DNA of 64,000 nt from an uncultured Nitrospiraceae bacterium. Lineage in GTDB: Bacteria > Nitrospirota > Thermodesulfovibrionia > Thermodesulfovibrionales > SM23-35. Location: NCBI GenBank assembly GCA_963727775.1, contig CAVSHB010000001.1, forward strand, positions 960,001 through 1,024,000. The letters are read 5' to 3'. Made by a program: the position numbers and the translations under genes. The first letter of the stretch is position 1. Every line of letters starts with the position of its first letter. The notes below the pieces were generated by a model, which searched no databases, was not told where the DNA came from, and worked only from the letters and a program-made list of their open reading frames with translations. This document shows positions 62,131 through 64,000 of this stretch, piece after piece.

Positions 62131-63471
62131 ATGCCTAAAAAAACTTTTTCGTTTCTTTTATCTTGTATTCTTTTCTCCTTTATCTGTGTATCTGCGTTTG
62201 CGTATGATGAACCATCTGTGAAAATAGTAGTGCAAAAGGACGATAATCTCATCAATCTTGGGGAAAAGTATCTTGAAGATCCTCATAAATGGAGGGAAGT
62301 TGCGAAAATCAACAGGATACAAAATCCGGATTTAATTTATCCTGGTCAGGTCGTACTCTTCCCCTTAAGTCTTTTAAAAGGGGCGCCTTCTTATGGTGTA
62401 GTTAGTTTTGTAAAAGGCAAAGTGGAGTTTCAGTCAGAAGGGAGTAAAGAATGGAGAACTTTTCACCTAAATGATCGCGTTACAGAGGGAACGGGGATAA
62501 GGACAAGCGATGACAGTGCAGTTGAGATTATTTTTGAAGATGGGCATTCTTCTTTTCTTCAGAGTTCAAATACGACTTTAGGCCTGTCTGCTGCCCAAAA
62601 AAAGGAAGGTAATCATACAATATATAAATTGTTTCTAAAGACTGGAAGGGCCATCACAAAAATAAAAGGCGCTACCGGAAGGGAGTCACGGTTTGAGATA
62701 GAAACTCCCTCTTCCATATGTGCAGCTAGAGGTACAGTTTTCAGGACTGCGGTCGATTCGACTGATTCTACACGATCTGAAGTGCTAAAGGGTATTGTGG
62801 ACGTTGAAGCAATGCACCAGATAGCTAAACTACAGGAAGGTGAAGGAACGCTTGTCAGAAAAGGTGAGCCACCCATGGAGCCGAAAAAACTTCTCTCCCC
62901 CCCTGTGCTGATGAATTTTATGCCGATATATAAAACTATCCCGCTTCATTTTGAATTCGGAGGGGCAGAGGGTGCCGTCTCTAATAGAGTTATGTTCGCG
63001 AAAGACAGCGACTTTAAGGATATCCTGAAGGAGCAGATCATAAAACCTTCCGAGCCTTTTAAAATCTATGATATAGATGATGGCACGTATTTTTTACAGA
63101 GTCGGAGCATAGACGATTTGGGAATTGAGGGATTACCTTCAGAAACGTCTATAATCAAGGTAAGAATGAATCCAATGCCGCCCTTTATTGAATCGCCTGT
63201 TGATAAAACCGTATACATGGGGAAATCTCTGAAATTAAGATGGTTAAGAGTTAATGATGCAGTGCGATATCATGTGCAAATCGCTGAGGATAAAGAGTTT
63301 AGTAAAATAATTGAAACTCGTACTGATATAAAGGATTTAGAGTATGAACCGGAACACCTTGATTTTAAGACCTATTATTTTAGAATTAGTTCAATCGCAA
63401 AAGATGATTATCAGGGTGAGTGGTCCGATATTCTGAGCTTTACTATTGCGCCTCTGACCTCAATATTGTGA
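62131..63471 (+). CDS. LysM-FecR-Fn3 domain exported protein
   Basis: LysM (VQKDDNL..NPDLIYPGQ), FecR-like (FEIETPSSICAARGTVF..EVLKG.V), two Fn3-like domains. Confidence 0.85.
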   Translation: MPKKTFSFLLSCILFSFICVSAFAYDEPSVKIVVQKDDNLINLGEKYLEDPHKWREVAKINRIQNPDLIYPGQVVLFPLSLLKGAPSYGVVSFVKGKVEFQSEGSKEWRTFHLNDRVTEGTGIRTSDDSAVEIIFEDGHSSFLQSSNTTLGLSAAQKKEGNHTIYKLFLKTGRAITKIKGATGRESRFEIETPSSICAARGTVFRTAVDSTDSTRSEVLKGIVDVEAMHQIAKLQEGEGTLVRKGEPPMEPKKLLSPPVLMNFMPIYKTIPLHFEFGGAEGAVSNRVMFAKDSDFKDILKEQIIKPSEPFKIYDIDDGTYFLQSRSIDDLGIEGLPSETSIIKVRMNPMPPFIESPVDKTVYMGKSLKLRWLRVNDAVRYHVQIAEDKEFSKIIETRTDIKDLEYEPEHLDFKTYYFRISSIAKDDYQGEWSDILSFTIAPLTSIL

Positions 63472-64000
63472 TCCCGGCGTATATCAAAAGAACCGGTTTT
63501 GTCCTGATAATTCTCACCGGTATCCTCCTCATTTTTTTTTCGGACTATCTCGGTTTCTTTGAAGGGATTGATGCGTATGTTTATGATATGTTTTTTAGAA
63601 TCAGGGGTAGTCACAAACCTTCCGACAAAATCGTGATCGCCGCAATAGATGAAAAATCTCTTGAACAACTTGGGAGATGGCCTTTCAAAAGGATTTACTA
63701 CGCAAGGCTCCTCGATAAGATGCAGCAAGCTGCGGTTGTAGGTTTTGACATAATTCTGACCGAACCGTCAGACGATGATGTCATCCTTGCAAAAGCTATA
63801 AAAAGATACGGCAGGGTCATATTACCTCTGTACATCGACCGCACATTGACTATGGCAAAACCGTCAGAATTATTGTCTGCATACGGGACCGGCCATGTTC
63901 ATATCGAACAGGGCATTGATAATGTTGCAAGAGAGGTATTTCATACCCTTTATTATAAGGATGTCCAATTGTATTCATTGACATCAGTTATGTATGAAAT
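63468..64000 (+). CDS. CHASE2-domain sensor protein, runs off the window end (not in ORF track)
   Basis: GTG overlaps the upstream TGA; TM helix then YDMFFR..IVIAAIDEKSLEQLGRWP..VVGFDII. Confidence 0.88.
   Translation, partial: MIPAYIKRTGFVLIILTGILLIFFSDYLGFFEGIDAYVYDMFFRIRGSHKPSDKIVIAAIDEKSLEQLGRWPFKRIYYARLLDKMQQAAVVGFDIILTEPSDDDVILAKAIKRYGRVILPLYIDRTLTMAKPSELLSAYGTGHVHIEQGIDNVAREVFHTLYYKDVQLYSLTSVMYE

Noticed and set aside
63532..63540. T9 tract as a frameshift in the CHASE2 gene
   Set aside because: Counting codons from GTG 63468 shows the frame is intact
1..64000. CRISPR arrays, tRNA, rRNA, and the many short antisense ORFs in the track
   Set aside because: No regularly spaced short repeats or structural RNA signatures were recognised by eye; antisense ORFs overlap well-supported genes and lack motifs

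Overview
Bacterial chromosomal window from a probable anaerobe; gene content suggests a Nitrospirota (Thermodesulfovibrionia)- or Desulfobacterota-like organism (inference). The housekeeping backbone includes glgB, tyrS, a single minus-strand run hflX-radical SAM-hemE-hemH-rnfCDGEAB-carbonic anhydrase, atpBE, PBP1A, dnaE-accA-tusA-uvrC and cysE-cysK. Signals missed by the ORF track: (1) rnfB is one reading frame interrupted by an in-frame UGA at the first Fe-S ligand position, followed by an fdhF-like SECIS hairpin, so it is a probable selenoprotein; (2) a decaying integron at about 25.7-30.6 kb with an internally deleted intI, an attI core, two well-formed attC sites, a HEPN (AbiU2-like) first cassette, three toxin-antitoxin pairs (two with frameshifted putative toxins), a group IIC intron relic and a small IR-bounded element inserted in an attC core; (3) an RND efflux operon hit twice (acrB frameshift, ISL3 inside the 5' end of the outer-membrane-factor gene); (4) several MITE/palindromic repeats, a probable ATA start for hflX, and a recurrent 18-bp-spacer, partly leaderless sigma70 promoter layout. 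No rRNA, tRNA or CRISPR array was recognised. All family assignments come from motif recognition by eye, not from database searches.
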